A DNA stretch of 64,000 nt, from positions 96,375-160,374 of the forward strand of contig SUUL01000001.1 of assembly GCA_015062545.1 (NCBI GenBank). Reading direction: 5' to 3'. Under the pieces are notes generated by a model, which was given only the letters and a program-made list of their open reading frames with translations, was not told where the DNA came from and did no database searches. Below are positions 25,672 to 37,029 of this stretch, in pieces. Position 1 is the stretch's first letter. Every line of letters begins with the position of its first letter. The position numbers and the translations under genes were made by a program. Source of the DNA: Alphaproteobacteria bacterium. GTDB lineage: Bacteria; Pseudomonadota; Alphaproteobacteria; Rs-D84.

Positions 25672-25694
25672 GCCGGCATTTGCCGGCTTTTTTT
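25672..25694. terminator. bidirectional intrinsic terminator (gccggcatttgccggc + T7)
   Basis: Member of the CCGGCAtttGCCGG hairpin family, between convergent radical-SAM and parB genes. Confidence 0.7.
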
Positions 25695-25701
25695 AACATT
25701 T

Positions 25702-26580
25702 TTACTTGGTCAAATTGTCCACCAATTCATACATTTGTGTGCGTGTGGCAAACGACAACACTATCTGCCCTGCCCCGCCACGGCGTTCAATCAATTTGGC
25801 TGATACGCCCAAAGCAGACTTTATCCGCGATTCGATTTCACGAACAGTGGACACATCTATCGTTTTTTGACTGTGCGAACGCGTTGTCTTGGCACGTGGC
25901 GCAGATTTTACCAGTTTATCTGTATCAGATACCGATAACTTGTTTGCAATAATTTTGTGAGCCAAATCTTCGGGATTTTCAGCAACCGCAATCGTGCGCG
26001 CATGCGATGCAGACAATTCGCCCTGTTCTACCAGTCCTTGGACAGATTCTGGCAACGATGTTAAACGCAACATATTACGAATGTAACTTTCAGATTTACC
26101 AATTAAACGCGCAACATCTGGCAATTCATAATCGCAACATTCCATCAGATTCTTATAGGCACGCGCCTCTTCTATAGGATTCAGATTTTCGCGCTGCACG
26201 TTTTCAATCAATGCAATTTCCATCGCATTATTGTCATCCAGTGTTTTTACCAAGGCAGGAATCTCATTTAATCCAGCCATTTTGGCAGCACGAAAACGGC
26301 GTTCACCAGCAACAATCTCGTAAGAATGACCCTTGCCAGAAACATTGCGCAACAAAATTGGCTGTAATACGCCCTTCTCTTTTATAGATGCCGCCAAATC
26401 TGCCAATTCCGATTCTGTAAACGTCTTGCGTGGCTGATCAGGATTTGCACCAATTTGTACCAATGGTATTTGCCGCACAACAACACGTTCGGTCGGTGTT
26501 AACAATGATATATCCGGTATCGTACCGCGCGCAGATGCCAAATCTGCCAAACCACGCCCCAATCCAAATTTATTCGCCAT
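25702..26580 (-). CDS. parB: chromosome partitioning protein ParB
   Basis: ParB N-terminal box (..GERRFRAAKMAGL..) and HTH. Overlaps parA. Confidence 0.9.
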   Translation of the reverse strand: MANKFGLGRGLADLASARGTIPDISLLTPTERVVVRQIPLVQIGANPDQPRKTFTESELADLAASIKEKGVLQPILLRNVSGKGHSYEIVAGERRFRAAKMAGLNEIPALVKTLDDNNAMEIALIENVQRENLNPIEEARAYKNLMECCDYELPDVARLIGKSESYIRNMLRLTSLPESVQGLVEQGELSASHARTIAVAENPEDLAHKIIANKLSVSDTDKLVKSAPRAKTTRSHSQKTIDVSTVREIESRIKSALGVSAKLIERRGGAGQIVLSFATRTQMYELVDNLTK

Positions 26581-27352
26581 ATTCGCCCCCTGATGTTCTT
26601 TGAACTACTTCGGTTGCCACACGCAAATATGCCTGGGCCCCCGCGGAATTAAAATCATAAAATAATGCAGGCTTGCCGTGACTGGGTGCCTCGGACACAC
26701 GAACATTACGTGGCACAACCGTCTTGAATACCAAATCGCCAAATGTATTTCTGACATCATCATCAACCGCACGTGTCACAGAATAACGCCGTTCGTACAT
26801 CGTTAATAAAACACCAAGAACAGATAATGACGGATTCCACTTTTCTTTGACAATCGATATAGTATCCATTAACTGCTGAATACCTTCTAATGCAAAAAAT
26901 TCACATTGCAACGGAACAATTACACCATCGGCTGCCGCCAATGCATTTATCGTCAAAAAACCCAACGCAGGCGGGCAATCCAACAAAACATAGTCATAAT
27001 GTGGCAAAATTGGTTGCAGCGCATCACGCAGACGAAATTCGCGATTTTCCATATCCAACAAATCAATATCTGCACCCGCCAATGCCTGGGACGAAGGCAA
27101 CAAGTGCAACCCAGGCACCGCAGTGCTGAGAATATTATCAGCAGCATTTGCCGTCCCCATAATTACACCATAAACACTTTGGCGATGCGCCGCACGCGAA
27201 AACCCCAAACCGGTACCTGCGTTCCCCTGCTGATCCAAATCAATCAACAAGACACGCTTTTTTATTGCCGCCAATGACGCACCTATGTTTATTGCAGTCG
27301 TGGTCTTGCCCACACCACCTTTTTGATTTGCAAACGCGATTATCTGTGTCAT
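26570..27352 (-). CDS. parA: chromosome partitioning ATPase ParA
   Basis: Deviant Walker A KGGVGKTTTAINIGASLA and ParA/Soj family motifs. Confidence 0.9.
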   Translation of the reverse strand: MTQIIAFANQKGGVGKTTTAINIGASLAAIKKRVLLIDLDQQGNAGTGLGFSRAAHRQSVYGVIMGTANAADNILSTAVPGLHLLPSSQALAGADIDLLDMENREFRLRDALQPILPHYDYVLLDCPPALGFLTINALAAADGVIVPLQCEFFALEGIQQLMDTISIVKEKWNPSLSVLGVLLTMYERRYSVTRAVDDDVRNTFGDLVFKTVVPRNVRVSEAPSHGKPALFYDFNSAGAQAYLRVATEVVQRTSGGEYGE

Positions 27353-27489
27353 TTTTCACCCTTCACTTTCAACGTAAGATTATAAAAACCAACCGATTCA
27401 GTCAAGAAATTAAAATTCACAACAAATTATTACGTAAAATCAACACAATACAACAAATTTCACATGAAATATCTTTTTTGACACAACAA

Positions 27490-27523
27490 AAAAATCACCG
27501 GCTTTTGCCGGCTTTTTTGAACA
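27490..27523 (-). terminator. intrinsic terminator downstream of rsmG (caccggcttttgccggc-like hairpin + T-run)
   Basis: Hairpin of the same family in the rsmG-parA intergenic region. Confidence 0.55.
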
Positions 27524-27576
27524 CTTTTATTAAAAACCAAGTAATTTCAACAAAATCCATTCAATTTCACATGAAA

Positions 27577-28137
27577 TTACCGGTCAAAACACACAGAAAT
27601 AATAAACCCATCGCCGGTTTTTGACGGCGTTAATTCATAACTGAATTTATATTTACGTTTTGCATCTGCAACCTCGGCCGATATTTCCCGGCCTTTTAAT
27701 AGAAAAAGCTGGTATTTTGTACGTGCAACATAGTCCATAATTTTGGTCAACGATGCAAATGCGCGCGCAGTAAATACAAATTTATCGGTTTTTGCCGGCA
27801 AATGCCGGACATAATCTTCAACGCGACCATGATAAATTGTCAAATTATCCAATTTCAATTCTTCTTTGACCGCCGTCAAAAATGCAACTTTCTTGCCAAT
27901 AGATTCTATACATGTGACACGCCATCCCAAAATCGCCAAAACAACCCCTGGAAAACCCGCACCAGACCCCAAATCAATTATTTCAACATCGCGTGGTAAT
28001 ACGTCTGCCAACTGGGCCGAATCTGCAATATGACGCGTTTCAATATCAGATAATGTACTGGGGGCAACCAAATTCATGCGCCCAGACCATTGGCGCAATA
28101 AATTTGCATACTGTTCAAATTTGACATTAGTGCTCAT
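27577..28137 (-). CDS. rsmG: 16S rRNA (guanine527-N7)-methyltransferase RsmG (GidB)
   Basis: SAM-MTase motifs (IIDLGSGAGFPGVVLAI). Start MSTNVKFEQYANLLRQW at 28137 preferred over the longer upstream ORF. Confidence 0.75.
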   Translation of the reverse strand: MSTNVKFEQYANLLRQWSGRMNLVAPSTLSDIETRHIADSAQLADVLPRDVEIIDLGSGAGFPGVVLAILGWRVTCIESIGKKVAFLTAVKEELKLDNLTIYHGRVEDYVRHLPAKTDKFVFTARAFASLTKIMDYVARTKYQLFLLKGREISAEVADAKRKYKFSYELTPSKTGDGFIISVCFDR

Positions 28138-28159
28138 AAAGGTTATTCTAGCATATACC

Positions 28160-29779
28160 ATGAGAAAAATCGATAATTTATTTGTTACAATATCTTTGAT
28201 TGCCGCGATTGCGGTATCTGGGACAACAATATGGAAATATACACACACATCGGACAGCACGCAAATAAAACACCAAATGCCAGATACGCAATTTGGTAAC
28301 TTCTTGGCTGCGCAACATGCGATTTACGTGAATGATTTTGTGTCTGCAAATAATTTGGCAGATAAATTAAACGATGTGCAATACCCAGTTGTACAAAACA
28401 CCAAGTTAATTTCTGAGTTTTTAGGCGGACATTTGCCGTACGATGCAAAACTGTTAAAAAATGAAAAGGGTATGCCCGCACAGCTGATTTACGATGCATA
28501 TTTGATAAAAAACAACGATTGGAAAGAATTACATAACAGACATAAAAATGACGAAGGTGCGCTGACCGCGCCGTTGCGAATATGGTCTGCAATCGCAAAC
28601 GATTGGCGAACAAATACTTTTAAATTTATCGATAAACTGCCAACTAACGATTCTTGGAAATCTTTTGTGCGCGGGCAAATTTACGCAGAATTAAAAAAAC
28701 CAGAAGAGGCCGCAAAACACTTTGACAAGGTTAGTATAGATTTTATCAATATAAATGACTATTTGTATTTAATGTCGTTCTATACGCATCATAATATGCC
28801 AGATGCCGCACAACAACTGTATGAAGACTTTACCAGCAGACCTGGCGGAATGTTTATGCAAGGATACGATAACATTCCCGACTGGGGATTATATACAGGT
28901 TATGCAAATGCGTTGGCGTTCAGCCTGGTACAAAATGTATCACACACACAATTTTTAATGTATTCTGATTTGTCTATGCTGTTGTTACGATTTGCACAGA
29001 TTACCGCACCAGAATTTGCCGCGCACAACAATACAGTCGATTATTATATCGGACAGTATTTCTTTAACAATGTGGGCGATTGGGAATCTCATTTTGAAAA
29101 AATAAACCCACAAAGTCCGTTTTATTTATTTGCCATTATGCGGGCATCTGAAAAAACAAATGATATAAAGAAACTGCAGGCGGCATTGGACGCACATCCA
29201 CTGTTTGTGCCGGCAATCAACAAAGTTGTTGGATATTATGTTCAACACGGAAACAAACGTGCCGCACTGCGTACAATTAAGCGCGCATTATCACAAGACG
29301 GTTTAGACGATGCGGGCAGGGCATTCTTTTTGAAAAGCCGCGCATACGTGCATTTTGCGTTTGGCGATCTGAATGCAGCACAAAACGATTTGCGCGATGC
29401 ATCAGACATACTGATTGTAGATACAGAAATATTATCGTTGCAGGCAAAAATATGGGCAGCACAAAATCGTGAAATAGAAAATGCTTATGAATACGCAATG
29501 ACGTTGGTTGCAAAAAACCCGTCAGATATTCTGGCATGGGACACGTTGGGATATGTGGTGGCAACACGCGAAGGGGTGGATGCCGCACTGGATGTTTTGG
29601 AACGTGTAGGCGAAGTTTCAGAAACATGTTCATCTTTGTTTATGCACTTGGGGGACATGTATGCAGAAATTGGCGAAAATCAAATGGCCATTGATGCATA
29701 TATGCGTGCAATAGATTTATCTGATGATGGATTAGTCGTAGTCCCCGAAATCGAAAGGAAAATAAGGAAACTGAAATGA
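28160..29779 (+). CDS. membrane-anchored TPR-like repeat protein
   Basis: MRKIDNLFVTISLIAAIAVSG TM anchor, then a long helical repeat region. Its stop overlaps the gpsA start (ATGA). Confidence 0.55.
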   Translation: MRKIDNLFVTISLIAAIAVSGTTIWKYTHTSDSTQIKHQMPDTQFGNFLAAQHAIYVNDFVSANNLADKLNDVQYPVVQNTKLISEFLGGHLPYDAKLLKNEKGMPAQLIYDAYLIKNNDWKELHNRHKNDEGALTAPLRIWSAIANDWRTNTFKFIDKLPTNDSWKSFVRGQIYAELKKPEEAAKHFDKVSIDFININDYLYLMSFYTHHNMPDAAQQLYEDFTSRPGGMFMQGYDNIPDWGLYTGYANALAFSLVQNVSHTQFLMYSDLSMLLLRFAQITAPEFAAHNNTVDYYIGQYFFNNVGDWESHFEKINPQSPFYLFAIMRASEKTNDIKKLQAALDAHPLFVPAINKVVGYYVQHGNKRAALRTIKRALSQDGLDDAGRAFFLKSRAYVHFAFGDLNAAQNDLRDASDILIVDTEILSLQAKIWAAQNREIENAYEYAMTLVAKNPSDILAWDTLGYVVATREGVDAALDVLERVGEVSETCSSLFMHLGDMYAEIGENQMAIDAYMRAIDLSDDGLVVVPEIERKIRKLK

Positions 29780-30636
29780 AAGCAGGTATTATTGGCGCAG
29801 GGGCGTGGGGAACCGCGTTGGCGCACGTTTCTGCACGCGGCGGTGCAGATGTGCATTTATGGTCTTATGACGGTGAATACAAACATTTCGAAGGCTTGGA
29901 TTTACCACAAAATATTCGTGTGACCGCGGATATAATGGAATTAAAAAATACAGATGTATGGCTGATTGTTACACCCGCAGCATATTTCCGCGAAACATTG
30001 CGTAATGCGCGAAACGCATATAACGGACAACCCATTATTATTTGCACCAAAGGCGCAGAAAGCACAACAGGTCAATTTATGTCTGAAATCTTGCAAACAG
30101 AATTACCTGAATGTGTCGATTTCGGCGTGTTATCTGGCCCACAATTCGCAGGTGAAGTCGCACAAGGGGTGCCAACGGGTTCTACACTGGCGGGAACAAA
30201 CAACGCATTGAACGCAGGACACGAACTGTTAAACAAACTGTATCTGGTTGACAGTAATGACGTTATAGGCACCGAAATTTGTGGTGTTGGAAAAAATGCA
30301 GTTGCGTTGATTTGCGGATACAACAGCATCGTTGCACAAGAAAATGAACGCGCGCTAATCTTTACGCGTACATGGAATGAAGTTGTTGACCTGGGCTTGG
30401 CTGCAGGCGCAGAATTGAGAACATTTTTGGGGCTGTGCGGTATTGGCGACTTGTTCTTGTCCGCAACCAGCGCAACCAGTCGTAACTTTGCCGGTGGAAT
30501 GGCAATCGCCCAGGGCACGCCACCCCAAGGTACAGTCGAAGGTATATTTGCATTAAACGGACTGATTAATCGTGCACAAGATTTAGGTATTCAGATACCT
30601 GTATTGCGTGAAATGAAGCAAAAAATGAACATATAA
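29776..30636 (+). CDS. gpsA: glycerol-3-phosphate dehydrogenase [NAD(P)+]
   Basis: N-terminal Rossmann GIIGAGAWGTALA and GpsA family motifs (..ICTKG.., ..GDLFLSATS..). Confidence 0.8.
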   Translation: MKAGIIGAGAWGTALAHVSARGGADVHLWSYDGEYKHFEGLDLPQNIRVTADIMELKNTDVWLIVTPAAYFRETLRNARNAYNGQPIIICTKGAESTTGQFMSEILQTELPECVDFGVLSGPQFAGEVAQGVPTGSTLAGTNNALNAGHELLNKLYLVDSNDVIGTEICGVGKNAVALICGYNSIVAQENERALIFTRTWNEVVDLGLAAGAELRTFLGLCGIGDLFLSATSATSRNFAGGMAIAQGTPPQGTVEGIFALNGLINRAQDLGIQIPVLREMKQKMNI

Positions 30637-30640
30637 AAAA

Positions 30641-30662
30641 GCCGGCATTTGCCGGCTTTTTT
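30641..30662. terminator. intrinsic terminator (gccggcatttgccggc + T6)
   Basis: Same hairpin family. Confidence 0.7.
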
Positions 30663-30672
30663 AACAATTTTA

Positions 30673-31269
30673 TTACAGCAAGCATGCCAATGTCGCACTG
30701 GTGTTCTTTAACATAAACCAACCAATACGATAATCAGTTGCATAAACAGTCACCATAAACAAAGCCAAAATACCAATAACAACGATTACATTACCGCGCT
30801 TGCCACGCATGCAATACAACGATATGTTATAAAACAAGAACAAAACATACATATCAACCAACAAACTGATTATCCACATAGATGTACAATTAAACGCCAA
30901 TGCGTTCAAAACTAATATCACAGGATAGATAAAGAATATTGATGCCAACCCCTTGATTGCAATTTCCCAATCACGTTCGCCACCAGTTATTTCTGAAACC
31001 AGCATCATCAATCCGCCCATAACAAACAGCATCGCCACCGCCAATACAGGCACAATTATACCAGCTGTAAAAACAGCCCCCAAAGTTATTGTCGCACCAC
31101 CCAACAATCTGATTAACAAAACCAAACATCCACCCAACAGACCGTACAAAAATGCCTTGAGCATGGATTCTTCCATGTTTCCGTCTGCAACAATTTTGGT
31201 AAAATATCGCTTTGGATTAATTATTAAATTACGAATACGCTTGAACGCGCCCTTGAATTTCTTTTTCAT
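30673..31269 (-). CDS. Yip1-family integral membrane protein
   Basis: Five predicted TM helices. Yip1/DUF1282-like topology. Confidence 0.5.
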   Translation of the reverse strand: MKKKFKGAFKRIRNLIINPKRYFTKIVADGNMEESMLKAFLYGLLGGCLVLLIRLLGGATITLGAVFTAGIIVPVLAVAMLFVMGGLMMLVSEITGGERDWEIAIKGLASIFFIYPVILVLNALAFNCTSMWIISLLVDMYVLFLFYNISLYCMRGKRGNVIVVIGILALFMVTVYATDYRIGWFMLKNTSATLACLL

Positions 31270-31338
31270 ATTTACGCCCCTGGGTTTGATTATTTATATT
31301 TTTGCTTTATAATTACAAAAAATCAATGGAAAAAAAGC

Positions 31339-32673
31339 ATGATAAAAATTGTTATAGCAGGACGACCAAATACAGGAAAGTCAACATTATTTAATGCGCT
31401 GACCGGAACACGAGATGCGTTGGTACATGATAGACCCGGGGTCACACGTGATACTATTTCGGGCGTATTTCGCGACCGCCCATATCAGCTGTATGACACG
31501 GCAGGCTTGGAACGCGCCAATTCTGGAATCGCCGCAGATTCCACCAATATGGCCATAGATGCCATCGCAAATGCAAACGCAGTGCTGTTTGTCGTAGATG
31601 GTCGGGTGGGGTTGACCAGTGAAGATATTGATTGGGCCAAATTGGTACGCAGAAAAACACGCGCACCTGTGTTGTTGTTGGTAAATAAAAGCGAATCGGA
31701 AAAACGTCTTAGTAATATTCACGACTTTTATAAACTGGGGTTTGGCGAACCCATTATGGTGTCCGCAGAACACAAACGTGGTTTTGGCGATATTTATGAA
31801 TTCTTGGATAAAATCGCCGGCGATGATGCAACACAAACAGAACCCGTCAAAGAAAAAGACAACCGCATCAAAATCGCAATACTGGGTCAACCAAATGTTG
31901 GAAAATCTACGTTTGTTAATCGGGTACTGGGCGAAAAAAGACAAATTGTTATGGATGCGCCCGGCATTACACGCGACACGGTAAAAATCCCAACAAAATT
32001 CTATGGTCGTGACATTATCTTGATGGATACCGCCGGATTGCGCCGCAAAGCAGGGGTTACAGATGATGTAGAAACACTGTCGGCATTAAAATCACTGGAC
32101 GCGATTGACAAGGCAGATGTTGTTATATTGATGGTGGATGCAACACGCAATATTGAAAACCAAGCACTGGGGATTGCTGCGCGTGTTTATGATGCTGGAA
32201 AAATCTTGTGCGTGGCACTGAACAAGTGGGATTTGGTGGAACCAGAACTGCGCGATGAAAAACTGTTGAAATTAAAACATCAGTTTTCTAATTCTTTCCA
32301 TCAGATTATTAAGCCAATGATACTGGCTGTGTCTGCAGAAACGGGTACCGGTGTACAAAATATGTTCCGCAGAATATATGAACAGTGGGATATTTCAACC
32401 GCACAAGCACCAACCAGTCTGATAAACAGAATCGTAGAAAAACTGGTCGCGGAACGTCAGCCACCTTTGTCACGACTGAAGCGACCAATGAAAATCAAAT
32501 TCGCACGTCAAACAGGGCGACATCCAATGCGCATAACAATCAATGTTGGTGGTGCATCAGATATACCGGAATCTTATACCAGATATTTACGCCGCGGATT
32601 GGCAACTGCATTAAAATGGGAACATTTGCCCATCGTTATTGAATATGACAAAGCAGAAAACCCATACGATTAA
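31339..32673 (+). CDS. der: ribosome-associated GTPase Der (EngA)
   Basis: Two tandem GTPase domains (GRPNTGKSTLFN; GQPNVGKSTFVN) and a C-terminal KH-like domain. Confidence 0.85.
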   Translation: MIKIVIAGRPNTGKSTLFNALTGTRDALVHDRPGVTRDTISGVFRDRPYQLYDTAGLERANSGIAADSTNMAIDAIANANAVLFVVDGRVGLTSEDIDWAKLVRRKTRAPVLLLVNKSESEKRLSNIHDFYKLGFGEPIMVSAEHKRGFGDIYEFLDKIAGDDATQTEPVKEKDNRIKIAILGQPNVGKSTFVNRVLGEKRQIVMDAPGITRDTVKIPTKFYGRDIILMDTAGLRRKAGVTDDVETLSALKSLDAIDKADVVILMVDATRNIENQALGIAARVYDAGKILCVALNKWDLVEPELRDEKLLKLKHQFSNSFHQIIKPMILAVSAETGTGVQNMFRRIYEQWDISTAQAPTSLINRIVEKLVAERQPPLSRLKRPMKIKFARQTGRHPMRITINVGGASDIPESYTRYLRRGLATALKWEHLPIVIEYDKAENPYD

Positions 32674-32676
32674 AAA

Positions 32677-32701
32677 CACCGGCATTTGCCGGTGTTTTTT
32701 T
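32677..32701 (+). terminator. intrinsic terminator (caccggcatttgccggtg + T7)
   Basis: Same hairpin family. Confidence 0.7.
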
Positions 32702-32768
32702 GTAAAAAAATGCCCAACTGTGTGATATAATGTTTCAGATATAATTTACGTGCAAGAGAGAGAAAAAA

Positions 32769-33491
32769 ATGAAGAAATCACCAGAAATTATTATCTCTTT
32801 ACAGAAAATTAATAAAAGTTTTCCATTGGAAATAGGCGGCGAACAACAAGTTTTGTTTGATATTGATTTTGACGTGCGGGCAGGGGAATTTGTGGCAATT
32901 ATGGGGCCATCTGGATCTGGCAAGTCAACGTGTATGAATATTATTGGCGCACTGGACACACCAACATCCGGGGTTTATGAATTGTATGGCCAGGATGTTA
33001 CAGGGCTGACCCCAGATGAATTGGCCGTGGTCAGAAACGAATATATCGGATTTGTGTTTCAGCAATTTAACCTGTTGCCAAAACGCAGCGTGTTGGACAA
33101 TGTAATGTTGCCGTTGATGTATCGTGGATTGCCAATGGATGAACGAATTCGGCGCGCACGCGAAATGCTGAGACGGGTTGGATTGGAAAAATTTGAATCA
33201 TATTTGCCAACACAATTATCTGGCGGTATGAAACAACGTGTCGCAATCGCACGCGCGTTGGCAGGAAATCCAAAATTAATTCTGGCAGACGAACCAACAG
33301 GGGCCCTGGACAGTAAAATGGGCAACGAAATCCTGCAATTCTTCAAGGAACTGAACCGCGATTTGGGAATTACTATTGTTATGATTACGCACGAATTTGA
33401 TATTGCAAAATATGCCAACAGACTGATTCATATTCGTGATGGAAAAATAAACTATGACGGAAAAATTCCAAAAAATGATGATAAATTATAA
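32769..33491 (+). CDS. ABC transporter ATP-binding protein (MacB/LolD-type)
   Basis: Walker A GPSGSGKST, signature LSGGMKQRVAIARAL, Walker B ILADEPTGALD. Confidence 0.8.
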   Translation: MKKSPEIIISLQKINKSFPLEIGGEQQVLFDIDFDVRAGEFVAIMGPSGSGKSTCMNIIGALDTPTSGVYELYGQDVTGLTPDELAVVRNEYIGFVFQQFNLLPKRSVLDNVMLPLMYRGLPMDERIRRAREMLRRVGLEKFESYLPTQLSGGMKQRVAIARALAGNPKLILADEPTGALDSKMGNEILQFFKELNRDLGITIVMITHEFDIAKYANRLIHIRDGKINYDGKIPKNDDKL

Positions 33492-33513
33492 TATGGCAGA
33501 CAGGGGATAAATA

Positions 33514-34731
33514 ATGACATTTAATGATATCTTGAAAGAATCTTGGGTTTCAATAAGCGGAAATAAAATCAGGTCTTTTTTAACCGTGTTGGGAATTATT
33601 ATCGGTGTTATGGCCGTGGTGATTATGGTCGCCGTTGGTGAAACTGTGCAAAAACAAATTACAGACCAATTCTCGTCATTGGGAACAAATACAATTATGA
33701 TTCGCGCAGGCGCAGCCCAACAAGCAGGTGTCAGAACAGGTAACAGACAAACCTTGACCATTCAAGATGCGGAATTTATTGGTAAATTGCCTGATGTTAT
33801 GGCGGTAACACCGGTACAAAACAGTGGCGCACAGGCAATTTATGGTAATAAAAACTGGGCAACATCCATGGTTGGGGTTTATCCTGATTATACAACCGTG
33901 CAAAATGTTGAAATGGAATACGGGACTTTCTTTGACATGTCCGCTGTCAGAAACGCATCAACGTATGCCGTAATCGGGCCAGAAACAGCCGAAGAATTAG
34001 GATTGCCAGAAAATCCCATTGGCGAAGTTATTCGCGTAATGAACACACCTTTTGTTATTGTCGGTGTTACCAAAGCAAAAGGCGATTCCGCCATGGGCAG
34101 CCAAGACGACATGATTATTATTCCAATTACAACACTAAAAAAAAGACTGCAGGGGTCGCGCTTTCCAAATTCTGTAAATATGGTGGCGTTAAAACTGTTT
34201 CCTGACGCAGATAATAATCTGGCAATAGAACAGATAACGTTGCTGTTGCGCCAAAGACACAGATTGAAAGAAGATGCGGTGGACGATTTCCAAATTATGG
34301 ATATGAAGCAGATTATGGAAACAATGACGACCGTTACTGGATACATGAAGTTATTATTGATTGCGATTGCGGCGGTGTCGTTATTGGTTGGTGCAATCGG
34401 TATTATGAATATGATGTTGGTATCGGTGGCAGAAAGAACGCGCGAAATTGGCATTCGCAAAGCCATTGGCGCACGCGAAAGAATGATTATTATTCAATTC
34501 TTGTCCGAATCTGTTTTGATTTCTTTTATCGGTTCAATGATTGGTCTGATTATCGGGGTCGGATTATCCCAAGGGGTGGGGCGATTCGTGTTGGGGTATA
34601 ACGTACCTTTTAGCATTTGGCCCGTTGTTTTGTCTGTTTCCGTTGCGGTAATTGTCGGGTTGGCATCTGGGGTTATGCCTGCAATGAAGGCGGCAAAATT
34701 AAACCCAATAGACAGTCTGAGATACGAATAA
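33514..34731 (+). CDS. ABC transporter permease with MacB-like periplasmic domain and FtsX C-terminal domain
   Basis: N-terminal TM, large periplasmic domain, then three C-terminal TM helices (FtsX-like, ..IGIRKAIGAR..). Confidence 0.8.
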   Translation: MTFNDILKESWVSISGNKIRSFLTVLGIIIGVMAVVIMVAVGETVQKQITDQFSSLGTNTIMIRAGAAQQAGVRTGNRQTLTIQDAEFIGKLPDVMAVTPVQNSGAQAIYGNKNWATSMVGVYPDYTTVQNVEMEYGTFFDMSAVRNASTYAVIGPETAEELGLPENPIGEVIRVMNTPFVIVGVTKAKGDSAMGSQDDMIIIPITTLKKRLQGSRFPNSVNMVALKLFPDADNNLAIEQITLLLRQRHRLKEDAVDDFQIMDMKQIMETMTTVTGYMKLLLIAIAAVSLLVGAIGIMNMMLVSVAERTREIGIRKAIGARERMIIIQFLSESVLISFIGSMIGLIIGVGLSQGVGRFVLGYNVPFSIWPVVLSVSVAVIVGLASGVMPAMKAAKLNPIDSLRYE

Positions 34732-34745
34732 AACCACAAAAAAAC

Positions 34746-34768
34746 ACCGGCATTTGCCGGTATTTTTT
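34746..34768. terminator. bidirectional intrinsic terminator (accggcatttgccggt + T6)
   Basis: Same hairpin family, between convergent permease and mreB. Confidence 0.7.
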
Positions 34769-34772
34769 AACA

Positions 34773-35864
<1,092 letters not shown>

Positions 35865-35940
35865 TCACGATATGCGAAAAATCAAGGTGCGCACACAAAT
35901 TTATTTGACATTGACAATATTGTGGTATGATACACAGGCT

Positions 35941-36288
35941 ATGAAACGAGATACAATAAAAAAACACGAAGATTTTGCCGGGACCACCAGTGACCCAACG
36001 GCACGTTGTGCATACTTTTTAATTCGCGCCAAGAATACCTTGTTCCCAGGGGATGCGCGTTTTGGATTAATTGTTACCAAGAAAACTTTCAAACATGCAG
36101 TGGACAGAAACCGCGCAAAAAGATTACTGCGCGACTGGATTGAATTTAATCAGGATATGCTGCGCGATGATTGGGATTATGTATTTATCGCACGGCGCGA
36201 CATACTGGACGCAAGCAGATTAGATGGTCGGGTGGCAATGAAAAAAGCATTAAACTACCTGCGCAAACAAGAAATTAATGTCGAATAA
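35941..36288 (+). CDS. rnpA: ribonuclease P protein component
   Basis: Small basic protein with an RnpA-like ..FGLIVTKK..RNRAKRLLRD.. region. Followed by yidD, as in rnpA-yidD-yidC operons. Confidence 0.7.
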   Translation: MKRDTIKKHEDFAGTTSDPTARCAYFLIRAKNTLFPGDARFGLIVTKKTFKHAVDRNRAKRLLRDWIEFNQDMLRDDWDYVFIARRDILDASRLDGRVAMKKALNYLRKQEINVE

Positions 36289-36514
36289 TTTGTCTTTTTT
36301 TCAAAACTTGGCTGTGAAATTTGTACGCATTTATCAATGTGCGATATCGCCATTTATCGGTGGAAATGCCGCATGTCGCTTTACCCCCAGCTGCAGTGAA
36401 TATACACGCACGGCGATTGAAAAATATGGATGCGTTCGTGGTACATTAATGGGCTTGCGCAGAATCAGCAAATGTCGCCCCGGTGGCGGGTACGGATATG
36501 ACCCTGTGCCTTGA
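36278..36514 (+). CDS. yidD: membrane protein insertion efficiency factor YidD
   Basis: ..YQCAISPFIGGNAACRFTPSCSEY..RISKCRPGGGYGYDPVP matches the YidD family. Confidence 0.75.
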   Translation: MSNNLSFFQNLAVKFVRIYQCAISPFIGGNAACRFTPSCSEYTRTAIEKYGCVRGTLMGLRRISKCRPGGGYGYDPVP

Positions 36515-36583
36515 CAACGCGCTGTAATATGGTACAATTTATAAGATATACAAGACAATTAATTATAAAATAAGGATATAAAA

Positions 36584-37027
36584 ATGTCTTTTCGTGCAAC
36601 CGTTGAATCTATGTCAAAAATCATGGATGATATGGGGATTACAGAACTTGATTTAGAACGCCAGTTTTTATTTGGTGTGTATCGCAAGCATATTCATTTA
36701 TCTAAACAACAAGCGGTCGCTGTGGCCAGTGCCGCCCCAACAGGGGAAGGGCAAAGTAACCTGGGGCCAAAGAAAAACACACCACAAATTAATGGGCATG
36801 CATTGACATCGCCGATGGTGGGGGTTGTTTATCTGGCACCAGAACCAGGTGCAGAAACATTCGTTTCGGTCGGTAAAACTGTCAAGGCTGGGGATACAGT
36901 TGCATTGGTAGAAGCAATGAAAACCTTTAACCCAATCAAGTCTGACAAAGATGGTGTCGTCAAGGAAATCTTGGTGCAGGATGGGGCCGCAGTGGAATTT
37001 GAACAACCATTAATCGTTATTGAATAA
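36584..37027 (+). CDS. accB: acetyl-CoA carboxylase biotin carboxyl carrier protein
   Basis: Biotinyl domain with an EAMKTFN biotinylation motif. AAGGA SD. Confidence 0.85.
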   Translation: MSFRATVESMSKIMDDMGITELDLERQFLFGVYRKHIHLSKQQAVAVASAAPTGEGQSNLGPKKNTPQINGHALTSPMVGVVYLAPEPGAETFVSVGKTVKAGDTVALVEAMKTFNPIKSDKDGVVKEILVQDGAAVEFEQPLIVIE

Positions 37028-37029
37028 TT

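Noticed and set aside
28076-28260. Long N-terminal extensions of the TPR gene (from 28076) and of rsmG (to 28260)
   Set aside because: The extensions overlap each other on opposite strands. Internal starts MRKIDNLF (28160) and MSTNVKF (28137) match family N-termini.
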